64,000 bases of DNA from assembly GCA_009914755.4 (NCBI GenBank), contig CP068257.2, positions 13,216,001-13,280,000 on the forward strand, read 5' to 3'. The position numbers and the translations under genes were made by a program. Positions 29,430 through 47,880 of this stretch are shown in pieces (position 1 is the first letter of the stretch; each line of letters begins with the position of its first letter). Origin of the DNA: the human T2T-CHM13v2.0 reference genome, Homo sapiens. The notes below the pieces were generated by a model that saw only the letters and a program-made list of their open reading frames with translations, did no database searches and was not told the DNA's origin.

Positions 29430-30330
29430 TACATAGGCATGCCTTGCTTAACAGAGGCACATTCTGAGAAATGCATCCTAAGGCAATTTCATCATTTTGT
29501 GAACATCATACAGTATACTTACACAAACATAAATGGTATAGCCTGCTACACCCCTGGGCTATATGGTATAGCTTATTGCTTTCAGGCTACAGACCGGTAC
29601 AGCATGTTACTGTATGGAATACTGTAGGCAATTGTAACATGATGGTAAGAATCTGTGTATCTAAGCCTAGAAAAGCTACAGTAAAAATGTGGTATTAAAA
29701 GACAAAAAAAAATTGTACTCCTGTAAAGGGCATTTACCATGAATGGAGCTTACAGAATGAGAAGTTACTTTGGGTGATTCAGTGAGTGAGTAGTGACTGA
29801 ATGTGAAGGCCGAGGATGTTACTGTATACTACTGTAGACTTTATCAACACTGTACACCAAGCTACACTATATTTATTTTTTTAATTCTTCAACAATAAAT
29901 TAATCTTCACTTACTGTAACCTTTTTATTTATAAGCTTTGTTTTTAACTTTTTGGCTATTTTGTAGGAACACTTAGCTTAAAACATAAACTCATTGTGCA
30001 ATTGTACAAAAATTCTTTCTTTATATCCTTATTCTACGAGCCATTTTCTATTTTTAATTTTTTTTTAAATTTTTGAACTTTTTTGTTAAAAACCAAGACA
30101 AAAACATACACATTAGCCTAGGTCTACACAGGATCAGGATTATCAAGATGTCACTAGACGATAGGAATTTTTTAGCTCCATTTTTACTTATGCAACTACT
30201 GTCATATAAGCGGGCCATCACTGACCAAAAACATGTTTATACAGCACATTAAAGTCTATTCATTTACTATCTTGGGGGTAAATTAGTGTTGCTGCTGGAA
30301 CCCTGACAATTTTCAAGTGAGGGAACGTGG
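29430..30330 (+). repeat. Unclassified interspersed repeat, copy B (longer copy of the family at 4790-5110)
   Basis: Shares about 300 bp with copy A, then extends through '...gaatggagcttacagaatgagaagttactttgggtgattcagtgagtgagtagtgactgaatgtgaaggccgaggatgttactgtatactactgtagactttatcaacactgtacaccaagctacactatatttatt...'. It is non-coding and its family name is not recognised with confidence. Confidence 0.4.
30246..30320 (+). repeat. Left arm of ~80-bp inverted repeat flanking the minisatellite
   Basis: 'cattaaagtctattcatttactatcttgggggtaaattagtgttgctgctggaaccctgacaattttcaagtgag' is about 88% identical to the reverse complement of 31301-31382. Confidence 0.8.
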
Positions 30331-30429
30331 AGAAATACAAATATATTTTTATATGTTTTACACATAAAATATATAATAATTATACTTTTATTATTATATT
30401 ATATATATTTATCCTAAAATAGATAAATG

Positions 30430-31290
30430 TTATATACATTTATGTTTTTATACATAAAATAAATATATGTTATATACATTTATGTTTTTATAAATAAAAT
30501 AAATATATGTTATATACATTTGTTTCTATAAAATAAATATGTTATATACATTTATGTTTTTATAAATTAAATATATGTTATATACATTGTGTTTTTATAA
30601 ATAAAATAAATATATGTTACATACTTTTTTTATAAATAAAATAAATATGTTATATACATTTATGTTTTTATAAATAAAATAAATATATGCTATATACATT
30701 TGTTTTTATAAATAAAATAAATGTTATATACATTTATGTTTTTATAAATAAAATAAATATGTGTTATATATTTATGTTTTTATAAAATAAATATGTGTTA
30801 TATATTTGTTTTTATAAATAAAATAAATATGTGTTATATATTCATGTTTTTATAAATAAAATAAATATGTGTTATATATTCATGTTTTTATAAATAAAAT
30901 AAATATGTGTTATACATGTTTTTATAAATAAAATAAATGTGTTATATATTTGTTTTTATAAATAAAATAAATATGTGTTATATATTTATGTTTTTATAAA
31001 ATAAATATGTGTTATATATTTATGTTTTTATAAGTAAAATTAATATGTGTTATATATTTATGTTTTTATAAATAAAATAAATACGTGTTATATATTTATG
31101 TTTTTATAAATAAAATAAATACGTGTTATATATTTATGTTTTTATAAATAAATACGTGTTATATATTTATGTTTTTATAAATAAAATAAATACGTGTTAT
31201 ATATTTATGTTTTTATAAATAAAATAAATATGTGTTATATATTTATGTTTTTATAAATAAAATAAATATATGTTATATATATTTATATAT
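30430..31290. repeat. AT-rich minisatellite/VNTR, about 38-46-bp unit x ~22
   Basis: Tandem units of the form 'gttatatatttatgtttttataaataaaataaatatgt' with small unit-length variants. A degenerate lead-in runs from about 30330. Confidence 0.9.
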
Positions 31291-31300
31291 ATATTTCAAT

Positions 31301-31382
31301 TTTCTCACTTGTAAATTGTCAGGGTTCCAGCAACAAAAATAATTTACCCTCCAGATTTCAAATGAATAGACTTTAATGAAGG
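31301..31382 (-). repeat. Right arm of ~80-bp inverted repeat flanking the minisatellite
   Basis: 'ctcacttgtaaattgtcagggttccagcaacaaaaataatttaccctccagatttcaaatgaatagactttaatgaagg' is the reverse complement of the left arm. Confidence 0.8.
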
Positions 31383-31769
31383 AACAATGGATAGAAGAGT
31401 TGGCAGGATTAAGGAAACAAAAAAGGGCAGGTTAGGCACCAGAGACTAGCAACAGAGGGAAGGCATTACCCCTCTAGAGCTGAAAGGGTAAGAGGAAGAA
31501 AGAATTTGCTGAAAGCTGGACCTTGGGTGGAGCCTCCTCACAGGACCTGTGGTCAGAGAGGGACACAGCTATCTCCAGACAGGCGGCACTGAAGCAGTGA
31601 GGGGGCAAGAAAGACTCTGATCTCCCTCTCCTCCTACTCTCCAATTTCTTGTCCAGTGAGTCAGGATTCAATTGGTAGAACCCAAACAGAGTTGGCTAGG
31701 AATAGAGCATGGCAAGGCAGAGAAGAGGAGAGAATGGGTCTTCCAGGGAGCGGGGTGTGGGGAGGGGAG

Positions 31770-32024
31770 CCACTTCGGGAAGCTGAGATGGGAGGATCGC
31801 TTAAGCTAAGAAGTTGGAGACCAGCCTGGGCAACATGGCAAAACCCCATTTCTACAAAAATATTTTATGAAATTAGCTGGGCATGGTGGCACGCACCTGT
31901 AGTCCCAGCTACTTGGGAGGCTAAGGTGGAAGGATCGCTTGAGCCTGTGGGAGGTCGAGGTGCAGTGAGCTGTGACTGCGTCACTGCACTCCAGCCTGAG
32001 TGACAGAGAGAGACCCTGTCTCAG

Positions 32025-32051
<27 letters not shown>
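31770..32051 (+). mobile_element. Alu SINE (older, 5'-truncated by ~30 bp) followed by (AT)n
   Basis: 'cacttcgggaagctgagatgggaggatcgcttaagc...gagaccagcctgggcaacatggcaaaaccccatttctacaaaaat...cactgcactccagcctgagtgacagagagagaccctgtctc' followed by A27, then (at)9 at 32052-32070. Confidence 0.9.
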
Positions 32052-32067
<16 letters not shown>

Positions 32068-33011
32068 TATAGAGCATAGCGTGGTTCTCCTAAGACTCAA
32101 GCTACATATTCATACTGGTTTTCAACTTTCATAAAAGATTCCGTGTGATTTCACTTCTTATCTACTAATACACCATATCCAATTAATACCAAATTATGTC
32201 TTATCTAATATTATTATTTTCCCTGGCCCCAAGTCTTTCTTACGTATTATTTAGTTACACTGGCAATCACCCAGAATTTAGTTGCGCTTCCTTTATTCTG
32301 TATCACTTTTATCAATCATGTACCCCAAACTCAATTTTAATCAATTAATAATGACACATACATCCATTTACATACAAAATATAGACAACGATTTTTATAA
32401 AAGAATCTATATATGTTCAATAGGTTTGGGGCTAAATATTATTCTCTTTTATACCTATCAGATTGCATTCATTGTAATTCTATGTACATAAAATACGTTC
32501 AATAGCTTCTTTTTCTTGTAAATTTTCATCTTTTTAAGACACAAAACAGTAGACTTATCTATCACTGTCCTATATATTATGGTCAAAGAGAGAAAAGGGC
32601 ATATTATTCTGCTTAGAAAGGAGTTAACCATAGCAGTCATATATGGAGTTATCTGTCCAGGACCCTCATCTGGGAAGTGCCTGTGTTCCTCACTCCATTT
32701 GTGCGGTTATCACAGAAGGTGTCCTATGGCCACAGTTAATTGGCTCAACAGTAGACATTAGACCTAAGATGACCTCATCACAGTCCCTTCCCCAGACTTC
32801 ATTTCCTAGCTAAAGCATATAAGTCCAGGCTGGGCACCTGATTCAAACGGAAAAAACTGGAATTCACCTTTGGGAATATTGCATCTAGAAGTGAGAAGTA
32901 TACATTGGGTCTCTGAACTGTGATGTATGAAACTAAAAGGTCAACTATCAGTAACTGAATTTCCAGTCATGTAGAACAGAAAAGGGGAAAAAGTAAGAGA
33001 AAGAAAAAAAA

Positions 33012-33056
33012 GTGAGTGTGTGTGTGTATGTATGTGTGTGTGTGTGTGTGTGTGTG
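33012..33056. repeat. (GT)n microsatellite (interrupted)
   Basis: 'gtgagtgtgtgtgtgtatgtatgtgtgtgtgtgtgtgtgtgtgtg'. Confidence 0.95.
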
Positions 33057-33767
33057 CAAGTAACAGAAGTGGGAGCCATGTAGATTCTTAATGGTGCTGG
33101 AGTCTGTGTTTCTAATGGTACCTCAAGTCCAGCTACATTTCTACCTTTGAGTCTTCTAAATCTTCCACCTTGCTCAAATTAGTTTGAATTGGATTCTGTT
33201 ATATATAAGCCAGTGGGTTCTTATGAATAAAATTCCTACCATCTAAACTTATCAAATGCAAGGTTAAGCCTCAAAAAGGTCGGTGCACTTGTCAGAAACA
33301 TGTAGAAAGTAACTTATGAAAGAAAAATGAACTTATGAAAAGAAAAAAATCACACATTAATTTCTTGTCAATGAATCTGACTGGCTAATTTTCCATTTCT
33401 AGGATGTTGTCTTCAGTGGCAGGAAGGTTTAAACCCATCGTTCCCATTAGAGTTTACACTAGGAGCAATAATGAACCTTAAATGATTCTTAAACATGGAA
33501 TCTAAGTGGAGTCAAGAACAGAATTATATTGAATCTTCATTTTAAAAGCTACGTGAGCCATATTTATTCTTTTAAAATGGAGCAAATATGTTCTGAAACC
33601 CAAAAAGAGGTGAGTTACTTAAGCAAGCCCAACATTAGGCCGGTAGTATCATTTCAGATGCTCATAGCCATCATAGGGACATAGAAGATATTCCAAAGTG
33701 ATTTCTATCAATCCTAGTTTCCATTTCTCACCTGAACTTTCTACTCTCTCTTTGTAGACTTTGACTT

Positions 33768-33955
33768 TGGGTTGTGGAGGCAGACTGCTGGGTTTCCAAT
33801 CTCCAGTCTGCCACTTACTATCTGTGGGACCTTGAGTGAATTACTTAGCATCTCTGTGCCTCAGTTTCTTGGTCTGTAAAATAATATGAAAACAGGGCCC
33901 CCACAAGTGGTAGCTGAGAATAGTAAATGAGTTAATAGATGTAAAGGAATTGGAA
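33768..33955 (+). mobile_element. MIR SINE
   Basis: MIR core: 'cagtctgccacttactatctgtgggaccttgagtgaattacttagcatctctgtgcctcagtttcttggtctgtaaaataatatgaaaacag...aatgagttaatagatgtaaagg'. Compare the consensus 'ctctgccacttactagctgtgtgaccttgggcaagttacttaacctctctgagcctcagtttcctcatctgtaaaatgggg...aaatgagttaatacatgtaaagcgc'. Confidence 0.8.
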
Positions 33956-36451
33956 GAAAACCTGGCAGATAATGAGCACTCGACAATGTTAGCTCTTATT
34001 ATTTAGAGGCCATGAATCCCTTAATTTTGCAGCTTCAAATAAAGCACTCACACAGACACAAACTTGCTGGTGATTTAAATAAGGAAACATAAATCAAAGG
34101 TAAATTTTAATTAAATCAGTTAATGGCACATGGATCAGTTGGGAAATGAGTTTACTTCAGAAATTATTTCTAAGAGTGTTCCTCATAAAACAATATGACC
34201 ACATTAGATATATAGTTAAGGGAAACATTAAAAATATATAATGTGTAACCTTTCAATTTTCACTTAACAGCTGCCTTTATATTATTATTATTCAAAGTGA
34301 TTTTTAGATAAGGGGACTTATGAATGATTTTCTCAAAAAAAATCGATACCAGTTTGATCAGTCTTGAGGATACTGGGTCATAGCAACTACCAGTACTCAG
34401 ACATTGGGGAATTGTTCAGGGAAAAGGCAGCAACTTTGAAGTATCCTCAAGAATAAGAAGGGCATGTTGAAACAATTAATCATAAACAAGTCATTCAAAT
34501 TAAAAGTGTATTCTTAAATAGTTTCTTGATTAAGAACAAATGCCTCATTAATCTGGAACATATTGACTTGAGAACACAAGTAAAGTCAAAGAGAGTAATG
34601 ACTGACATGACGTGGAACACAGCATGCTGTGTGTTCCCATCACAAAAGCTTTGGAGGAACAGATTCCACAGAAGGTCACTGGAGACAGTGAACTGAAGAG
34701 AAAACCCAGCATCACCCAATGACGCAAAGGTAAATTTTTAAAAATCTAGATTACAGAGAACATTGGGTACCAGTAGCACTGACACTATTTCCATCTATAG
34801 ATTCTGAGTTCATTTCATTTATTTCAGGCATGCAAATAAGTCTAAACCCAAGATCTAAAAAATAAAAAATAAAGATATATCTAAAAGAAATAGGCATCTA
34901 ATTTTAAAGAAACTTACTGTCCTCCCCCGACTCCCACTTCCCAAGTGTTAGTTAAGAATGTGACTAGAAGTTAAAAACCAACGAAAATAGCTTTGAAGAA
35001 AATTCTAGTATAATTATTAGATGATACTAGATTGGATATTCTTTGGATCACACTAAAGCTACATTTCTTAAAGGAGTATATATAGTACCTAGTAAATATA
35101 ATAATAAATGTGAGATGTGCATAAAAATCACACACATAATTTTTAAAAACCGATCAGACATTAAATGCCCATAGGAGGATGACTCTGCAGTTTTTAAAGA
35201 TTAAATCTGGTTTTGGAATAGTCGTCAAAATATGTGTCATATTCTGAAAGGCTTTATAATTTCATCTTCTAGAAGGTAAGCTTCATGAGGAAAGGAACTT
35301 TTTCCCATCTTGACCACTACTATATCCTCAGAACAGTGCTTAGGACATAATAGATACTCCATATGTATTTAATGAATAAGTAATTTCAACAGTGGCTGAA
35401 ATTCTAACCTGGATATATCTGTTGTGATTCTAGTTTTAACAATTGGCCTCAGGACTTTTTCTTGCAGTTGGCCCCTTATCCATGCCCCCTCACACCTTCC
35501 CTGTACTCAGCCCCTGTACTCAGCATGACTTCCACACAGATGTCTGCTTATAATGAAGAGAAAGAAAATCTCCATGAAAGATTATAAATGGTTGGGATGA
35601 ATATTATGTGCAAAGAATTTCCCAAATTCCATTATCTAAAGTATGGCACAAAAAATTACCATCATCTTTCCAATACTAGAATAAATTCTTCTGAAGACAA
35701 AATTTAACATAATTTATAGAGTCAGATTCTAGATATGACTATATTATTTTTACTTAAATAACATACTCATTTCAAACTTCAAGACAAGGAAAAGAGAATT
35801 TTTTTCTAGAAAGAAGAAAGCAGCGTAATGAGAAAGAAGGGAAAGTAGAGTTCTACCACTCTAAGTAGCTATAATCAGACTTTGTTTTCAGCAATGTTTA
35901 AACCTCATCACTCCCAAAGTTTTAATCTTGACAGCAGGATAGCAAAGGAAAATATTGGAACACAACCAGGACTAGAACATTTCTTATTTCTTAGATCTAC
36001 ACCCAGCTTGTGCTGGAATACAAATTACCATAGCCTCTGCTCATGAAAACAAATAATCCAGTTAGAGGTACAAGGCTAGCAAACAAGACACATAACTATA
36101 TACTGCCTTATATTCACTCATGTACTAAATTGTGTGGAACAATTCCTAAATGTTACACAGCCTAGAGATGAGAGGTAATTCTAGCATCTAGCACAGTGTC
36201 CAGCACATATTAGACATGCAATAAATACTTGATAAGTAAATGAAAGCTTGAATGAGAGAATGAATAAATAAGTGCTTTTAGAAGAGGTGAATCTTGTTTA
36301 GAATCCTGGAGAATGATGCTAAGCACTCGATTTGTATCTTCCACAAATGACATTTCAATGTTTCCTACCTCTCTGTCTTCTCCCACATGATAGAAACTGT
36401 ATCAACCTTGTGCAGAAAACAAAAGAGAAGCAAGAAAATCCAATTGTTTTC

Positions 36452-36542
36452 TTTTTTTTTTTTTTTTCTTTTTGAGACGGAGTCTCGCTCTGTAGCCCAG
36501 CCTGGAGTGCAGTGGCGCGATCTCAGCTCACTGCAAGCTCCG
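36452..36542 (-). mobile_element. Alu 3'-terminal fragment (~70 bp + tail), 5'-truncated, with 21-bp TSD
   Basis: A poly-T tail plus 'gagacggagtctcgctctgtagcccagcctggagtgcagtggcgcgatctcagctcactgcaagctccg'. It is flanked by 'agaaaatccaattgttttctt' (36433-36453) and 'agaaaacccaactgttttctt' (36543-36563). Confidence 0.8.
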
Positions 36543-36600
36543 AGAAAACCCAACTGTTTTCTTAATAATATTGGTAGTCTTGGAGACTTGACCCGAAAAA

Positions 36601-36747
36601 ATTATTCAATAGGGCTGATTGTCCATAGGTCTGTAGTTTATAATTAAATCTGTTTACAATGGGAATACTACATCATAATGCAACCAGTAACAAGCCCATC
36701 AGAGTTAAACACTTGCTAGAATTATCATTATAAATCCCTGGTTTCGA
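36601..36747 (+). repeat. 147-bp segment duplicated in direct orientation at 38011-38153 (copy 1)
   Basis: 'attattcaatagggctgattgtccataggtctgtagtttataattaaatctgtttacaatgggaatactacatcataatgcaaccagtaacaagcccatcagagttaaacacttgctagaattatcattataaatccctggt' is about 95% identical to copy 2. Confidence 0.85.
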
Positions 36748-36963
36748 TTATTCACAATTAGGTTGTAGAAGTTTTATTTTTTCTTTAAATATAATCATAA
36801 AGTTCTCATTTGGGATATATATATATCCTAGAAATTTTCTAACTATAATGTGTGCTGCTCTTAGGAATTTTCAAAGAAAACAATGAGAACAATTTTCAAG
36901 AAAAATGACTAAAACAAATTTTAAAAATTCTTAAAATCAATCCAAAGAAACTTTGCAAATCTC

Positions 36964-37276
<313 letters not shown>

Positions 37277-38010
37277 TCAATCTCTATATCAAGGTTTTCC
37301 CCCTAGAACTCATGTCTCTACAGTTCTTTTGAATTATTTCAGAATCTGTAAAACCCCATGAAATAAACTCATATAAGAGCAATTCACTGTGTCTAGGAAA
37401 CTGTATCCAGTAAGGGTCCTTGGCATACCAGGGAATATATTGGGCTTGGAATTAAGAAACTTGGGTTTACTTCTACTCCTAATTAACTGGTTAAACTTCA
37501 ACAGGACCCTTTCACTTTTCTGGGCCCCTTCCTTATTTATTGAATTAGGGTGTTGGAATGGATAATCCATAGGTTTTCCTAGCCTTAATTAAGGATGGGA
37601 GCCAGTTGTCAATACAGCATAGTTAGGTATTAGAAGCAATTATAATTAGAACTAAAATGCCTCTGCTCATATCTGAGTTCTCTTCTAGGTCTTGTCCCAG
37701 GCACATACTTTATTTCTCTACATAATGTTTTCCTCATCTATAAAAAGGGAGTGATAACAATACATATCCCATGAGAGTTCATCATGATTAAATGAAATAT
37801 AGCACATGAAGCACTCATCGTAGAATATGGCACCTATCAGTACTCAATGTTAGTTGGCAGTATTATGTATCTATAACTTTTTTCAGTTTTCAGAAAGGAC
37901 TGGGAGAATGAAGTCTTATCATTGGATGTCAAGAAATCCTTCAGCCAGTTATTAAATTTGTTTACAGCTGGCAGGCCTGCAACACCAATAATCAAAGTAT
38001 CCTTGTATAG

Positions 38011-38153
38011 GATTATTCAATAGGGCTGATTGTCCATAGGTCTATAGTTTATAATTAAGTCTACTTACAATGGGAATACCACATCATAATGCAACCAGTA
38101 ACAAGCCCATCAGAGTTAAATACTTGCTAGAATTCTCATTATAAATCCCTGGT
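38011..38153 (+). repeat. 147-bp segment duplicated in direct orientation (copy 2)
   Basis: See copy 1. The flanks outside the 147 bp are unrelated. Confidence 0.85.
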
Positions 38154-38201
38154 GCAAACTCTTTTTTGCCTTTAATTCTTTTGAAGGGATCCCAGGTTTC
38201 A

Positions 38202-38671
<470 letters not shown>

Positions 38672-39610
38672 TCAGCAACATCTATATCTTGAAAATAGCC
38701 TTAACATGTAACATCAGAAGCAAGCAAAAGAAGAATTTGATCTACAAAACCTGGTTTTGGTAATCCATTCAAGTCAGCATTTTAATGGGGCTATGTACAT
38801 TTTCCGAAATGCTTGCCCACTTCTGGCCATGCTTCACTAATACCCAAGTCACCAAGCAGACAGCACTATCTAACCAACAACTGGGGCCCTCTGGTAACCA
38901 GTGTCCCTGTACCAGTAACACATGCTGCCAAAGTTCTAGGGCTTCAATCATGATAATAAAAATTAATAAAAAATTGAGCATCCCAGAGCAACACAGATAG
39001 TTTTATGAGGGAGACACAGGGCTAATTTAATAAGATGGAACTTATTAAATTCCAGGATGTAAAAACCCTGGATCCTATATTTCAAATTGTTTCTCAGTAT
39101 TGAGTGTTATCCAGCATGCATCAAGCATTTAAAGGGTGAGATGTGATTACCTTCTTTCTCAAAATGCAGAAAAGCCTTTGTTAAGGAAATCATTTCTACA
39201 ACCTTCTTGGTAATAGTAAGAAATTTAAGGTGTCTGTGCTTGTAGCCACTTCTGTCTAAAGAAGCATGTTGTGTGAAAGGTGATCCATCCCATTTCCTGG
39301 CCACAGCTGACTGGATGTGGGGAAAACAATGACCCACCAAATGGCTCATCCACAGATAAGACAGCAATCTGTGACTCCTGTGGCCTAGCCAATCAGATTC
39401 TCCCTCTTAGGAATCAGTTCTAAGAGATTCAAAGGGCTATGTCCAATGAACTGTTTTCCTTTCATGAAAGGAAAGTTTGAGGCTGAAGCCATGAAAAAAT
39501 CAGGATAGGTGCAGCCATCTGGGCTCTGTGAATAATGAATGAATCAGCAGAAGCAGTCAGTTAGGATAGAGAGAGTACTAGAAAAAAAGCAGATTAAGAG
39601 GAAACATCCA

Positions 39611-39920
39611 AGACCAGACACAGTGGCTCACACCTGTAATCCCAAACCTTTGGGAGGCCAAAGCAGGCAGACCATTTGAGCCCAGGAGTTGGAGACCAGC
39701 CTGGGCAACATGGCAAAACCCAATCTCCACTAAAAATACCAAAAAATTAGCTGGGCATGGTAGCCAGTGCCTGTAGTCCCAGCTACTCAGGAGGCTAAAG
39801 TAGAAGGATCACCTGAGCCTGGGAAGTTGAGGCTGCAGTGAGCTGTGATCCCACAACTGTATTCCAGCCTGAGCAAAAGATCAAGAGCATGTCTTAAAAC
39901 AAAACAAAACAAAGCAAAAA
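39611..39920 (+). mobile_element. Alu SINE (older, AluJ/Sx-like)
   Basis: 'agaccagacacagtggctcacacctgtaatcccaaacctttgggaggccaaagcaggcagaccatttgagcccaggagttggagaccagcctgggcaacatggcaaaacccaatctcc...' followed by an (aaaac)n-type tail. Confidence 0.9.
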
Positions 39921-41934
39921 TTAGAAAAACATAGCCCTTGAAAGAGACATCTTGAGAGATGAGTCAGTTTTGAGAGAAGGGCTGATTCAGTTCTGTAGGT
40001 TTGGTGTTCAGTTTGATCTGGATTCCTGTGAGACCTCGTTCTCTCACTTAAATTAAACTCCTTGAGCTGGCCTTCTTCCTTATGACTTAAAAAGCCCAAT
40101 TCAAACACTTCTCTTTCAGTAATACATTCTTTTTTTCCACTGGAATTTGTTAGTATTGTCTTTCCAAAGCTTTGGATAACATAAACATTGGCTTAAAAGT
40201 CATTTTTTAAAATCATTTCAGCCATTTGGTGACCCTAAGAGAGTACACATACTTTTATAGGGTTTCACAGAAATTCCAAGACAAAGGATTAATGTATTGT
40301 TTCTGTGAGTTTCTATTCAATTCAAATTTTATAATTCAAAAATTTTAAGTTGTTATCAACCACAGTAAGAATTATAAGAATGCTATCTATAATTTTAAAG
40401 AGAATGTTTTGCGCTAACAACTGAAACATTTATTGAAAAGAAATTTTTATCGGTCTTATAGGGCTTTTGTGTGAATTTAGCAAAGTTAGCATGTATATAA
40501 GGCACAAGTACCATCGGAAAAGTTCTAAAAAGAATTAGTTATGTAGTTATTTCATATCCACAGTGCAAGGGCAAGGTTGAACAGAACTTTTCTCCATATA
40601 GTTGCTCAAACTGCCCAGTGATTTTCTTTCTTTCTTTTTTTTATAGTGCTTTGTTGAAATGGTTTAAGGGCTCCACTGACTGAAAGTTAACCCCCAGTAT
40701 GCATTGGCTGCTGAGTGTTTTTTGTTTTACTCACCGGCCCTTGAGTACCGTGTTTAATTTCCACACCACAGTAATGTGAATGATCTAGGTAATCTCACAT
40801 AATGGTTTGCTATAGGACACCCAAACCTTCATCCCAGGAATACTTGGAACAAGATGAAACAAGATGAGTCACTTGTGGTGAAGCCACACTAACCATGCTG
40901 CCAGGGTCTTACTGTACTTTGCTTCTGGAAGGCCTCATTAAGCAAAGGTGCCAAGTTACATGCTTGATGAGGAGATTGATTCTTGAGTCCTTGCTTACAA
41001 CCAGAGTATCTGGGTAAGAACCAAAGACCTCTGAGTGGAACCTATCAAAAGTCATGCATAAGAGAGCCACAGGGTAAGAAGAAGTGAAATTTGAAGGGGA
41101 CTTCCGGTGACCTCATCACCTATAAGAAAGAAAAGTCTAGTAGTTCTGTTCTTGGAATACTTGTTCTGTTAAGATTTAGCAAAACAGTTTGACCAATAGA
41201 TTTTTAAGGTTTCTTGCTGGTTCTTAAGCCATAAGACTGCAAACAAACTCTCCTAAGGTCAGACATGTTGAGGTATTTATGCTACAGTCAAAAGGGTTGC
41301 TTATGCCTTGCTTAATATACGCATAGAGAGATCGCAAATTACATCTATAATTTTCCATACAACAAATCAAATTTGGCCCATAAATAAAGAAGTCAACTTA
41401 TGAAAGTTACAAAAGAAATTTGTAAAGTTTTAGAACTACTAAAATTATTGGATCCAGAAAACCGAATGTAATTCCACACTGAGAATACTCGATGTATCAC
41501 GTGTTTCTGGCTTCAAATCATGTGTCACTGAAAACAAAGAAAGGAGGTTTTTAAAATTATGTTCCCGGTTGTAAATATTTGCAGATTGACATGATTTCTC
41601 TTTCTAGTTATTTTTTTCCATGTAATGGATGAAACACTATCTTTTTCCTTCTTTATTCATGAAACTCCAATGTCATCAAGCCTCAGTTTGTGACTGGAAT
41701 GAAGGCACATTAATATATGCCCACAAAGTTACAGACTTCTTTCTGCTCCCTGCTTCTAGAAAACCTTAGGATTGGAAGAGTTTCTCCCACCACCCAAGAA
41801 ATTCTGGCACGTTCCAGAGAATGACTTTGCTGGTGAAGAGACAGCTGGTTGTGCTGGTATGAATACGTCTGGTTTTTTGCCATGGTTCATGGGACATAAG
41901 GGGTCTAAGTCCACTGATCATGAAGAATATTACC

Positions 41935-42313
<379 letters not shown>

Positions 42314-43899
42314 TCAATCTTCCTTGCTGTGCACATGCTGGATTCCATCCAGAAATCAGAAAAAATATGTCTAGCTCCTGAATTCACAGGACTCAGAACT
42401 ATTCATTCACCCCTTCCAGGAAGTCAATACCATATTATCCTCTGCATTTCCTACATTCTCATCTCTCAGAGCCCTATCGGGCCTTCAGATATAAAATGTT
42501 CCCTTTCTCCTCTCTTCTTCCTTCTCCAAATGTAAATCAGGCATGCAAATATATGCCTGGGAGAATTGCCGAATCCATAAAGCTGTTCTCAGTTTAGGCT
42601 AAGCAGAGATCACAGTCTATATCTACATTTGCTCTGTTGGAACATGAGATTACAATAGTTAATAAAGATGAGATACAGAGTAACCTTTACACCTTAGGCT
42701 TTTGTATTTTTCAGTAAGAAGAATGTCACAGTTCTTCCTAGCTTGCCAAAGAAATTGAATAAAAATGTACTGAACTAGGAGTAAAACTTTGTGCTGGCTA
42801 GGTAAAATGACATGTGATATTGTTCACAGGAAATAATGGAAAACAGAAAGATTTTCCATCTTGTCAAGCAGATGGAATGGGCTTGGATAGAAAGAAGAGA
42901 GGAAAATGATAGAATAAACACCAGTTGTGAACTCTGCTAAGAGAACTGGTAGGTTTTATATATTAAAGAGATGGGCTAAAGTGGTTTATAAGAAAATGTA
43001 ATGTATTTTACTAGTGTAATTTTACGTCATCTGGTATTATACATGGCATATAGAGTGCAAGAAATTTGCAAGTGGGAAAACTGAGGTTTTCAATAGAAAT
43101 ATTGAGTTGGCTCATGAGCCTGGATGCACTACAAAATAGTGAGATGACTCGGGAGCAACTCAGGCCGAGGAGTGACCCACTTGAAGACTGGCAAAGTGGG
43201 AGCTGAGACAGAAGACAGGAAAGTGGATGCTTGAATGAAGGTCACAACAGCCATAAAGAAAAGAAAAGGCAGAATATCTATTGAAAAATGACGACTCCAT
43301 TGACAGAAAGAGAAAATTAATTTAGAAGACAATTTGTGTGCTCTGTAAATCTTCAGTTGTCACAGCAAAGAGGAAAGTTTTCTCTGTTCTTTTTTTTCTT
43401 ATTTTTTTTGTGGGTACATAGTAGGTGTATATATTTATGGGGTACGTGAGATATTTTGATATAGGCATACAATGCATAACAATCACATCAGGGTAAATAG
43501 AGTATCCATCACCTAAGCATTTATCCTTTCTTTGTGTTACAGACAATCCAATTATACTCTTTTCGTTATTTTCAAATGTACAATGAATTATTGGTGACTA
43601 CAGACACTTTGTTGTGCGATCAAACACTAGATCTTATTCATTCTATATAACTATATTTTTGTACCCATTAACCATCCCCGTTTCCTTCCCTCACCCCCAC
43701 CCTGACCTCTCTACCCTACCACCCTTCCCAGCCTCTGATAGCCATCATTATACTCTGTTTCCATGATTTCAATTGTTTTCATTTTTATCTCCCACAAATA
43801 AGTGAGAACATGCACATTTTATCTTTGTGTGCCTGGCTTATTTCACTATACATAATGTCTCCCAGTTCTATCTATGGCATTGCAAATGGCAGGATCTCA

Positions 43900-47880
<3,981 letters not shown>

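Noticed and set aside
30430-31290. Regularly spaced ~40-bp repeats that superficially resemble a CRISPR array
   Set aside because: The units are contiguous AT-rich tandem copies with no unique spacers and no leader or cas genes, and they lie in a primate genomic context. This is a minisatellite.
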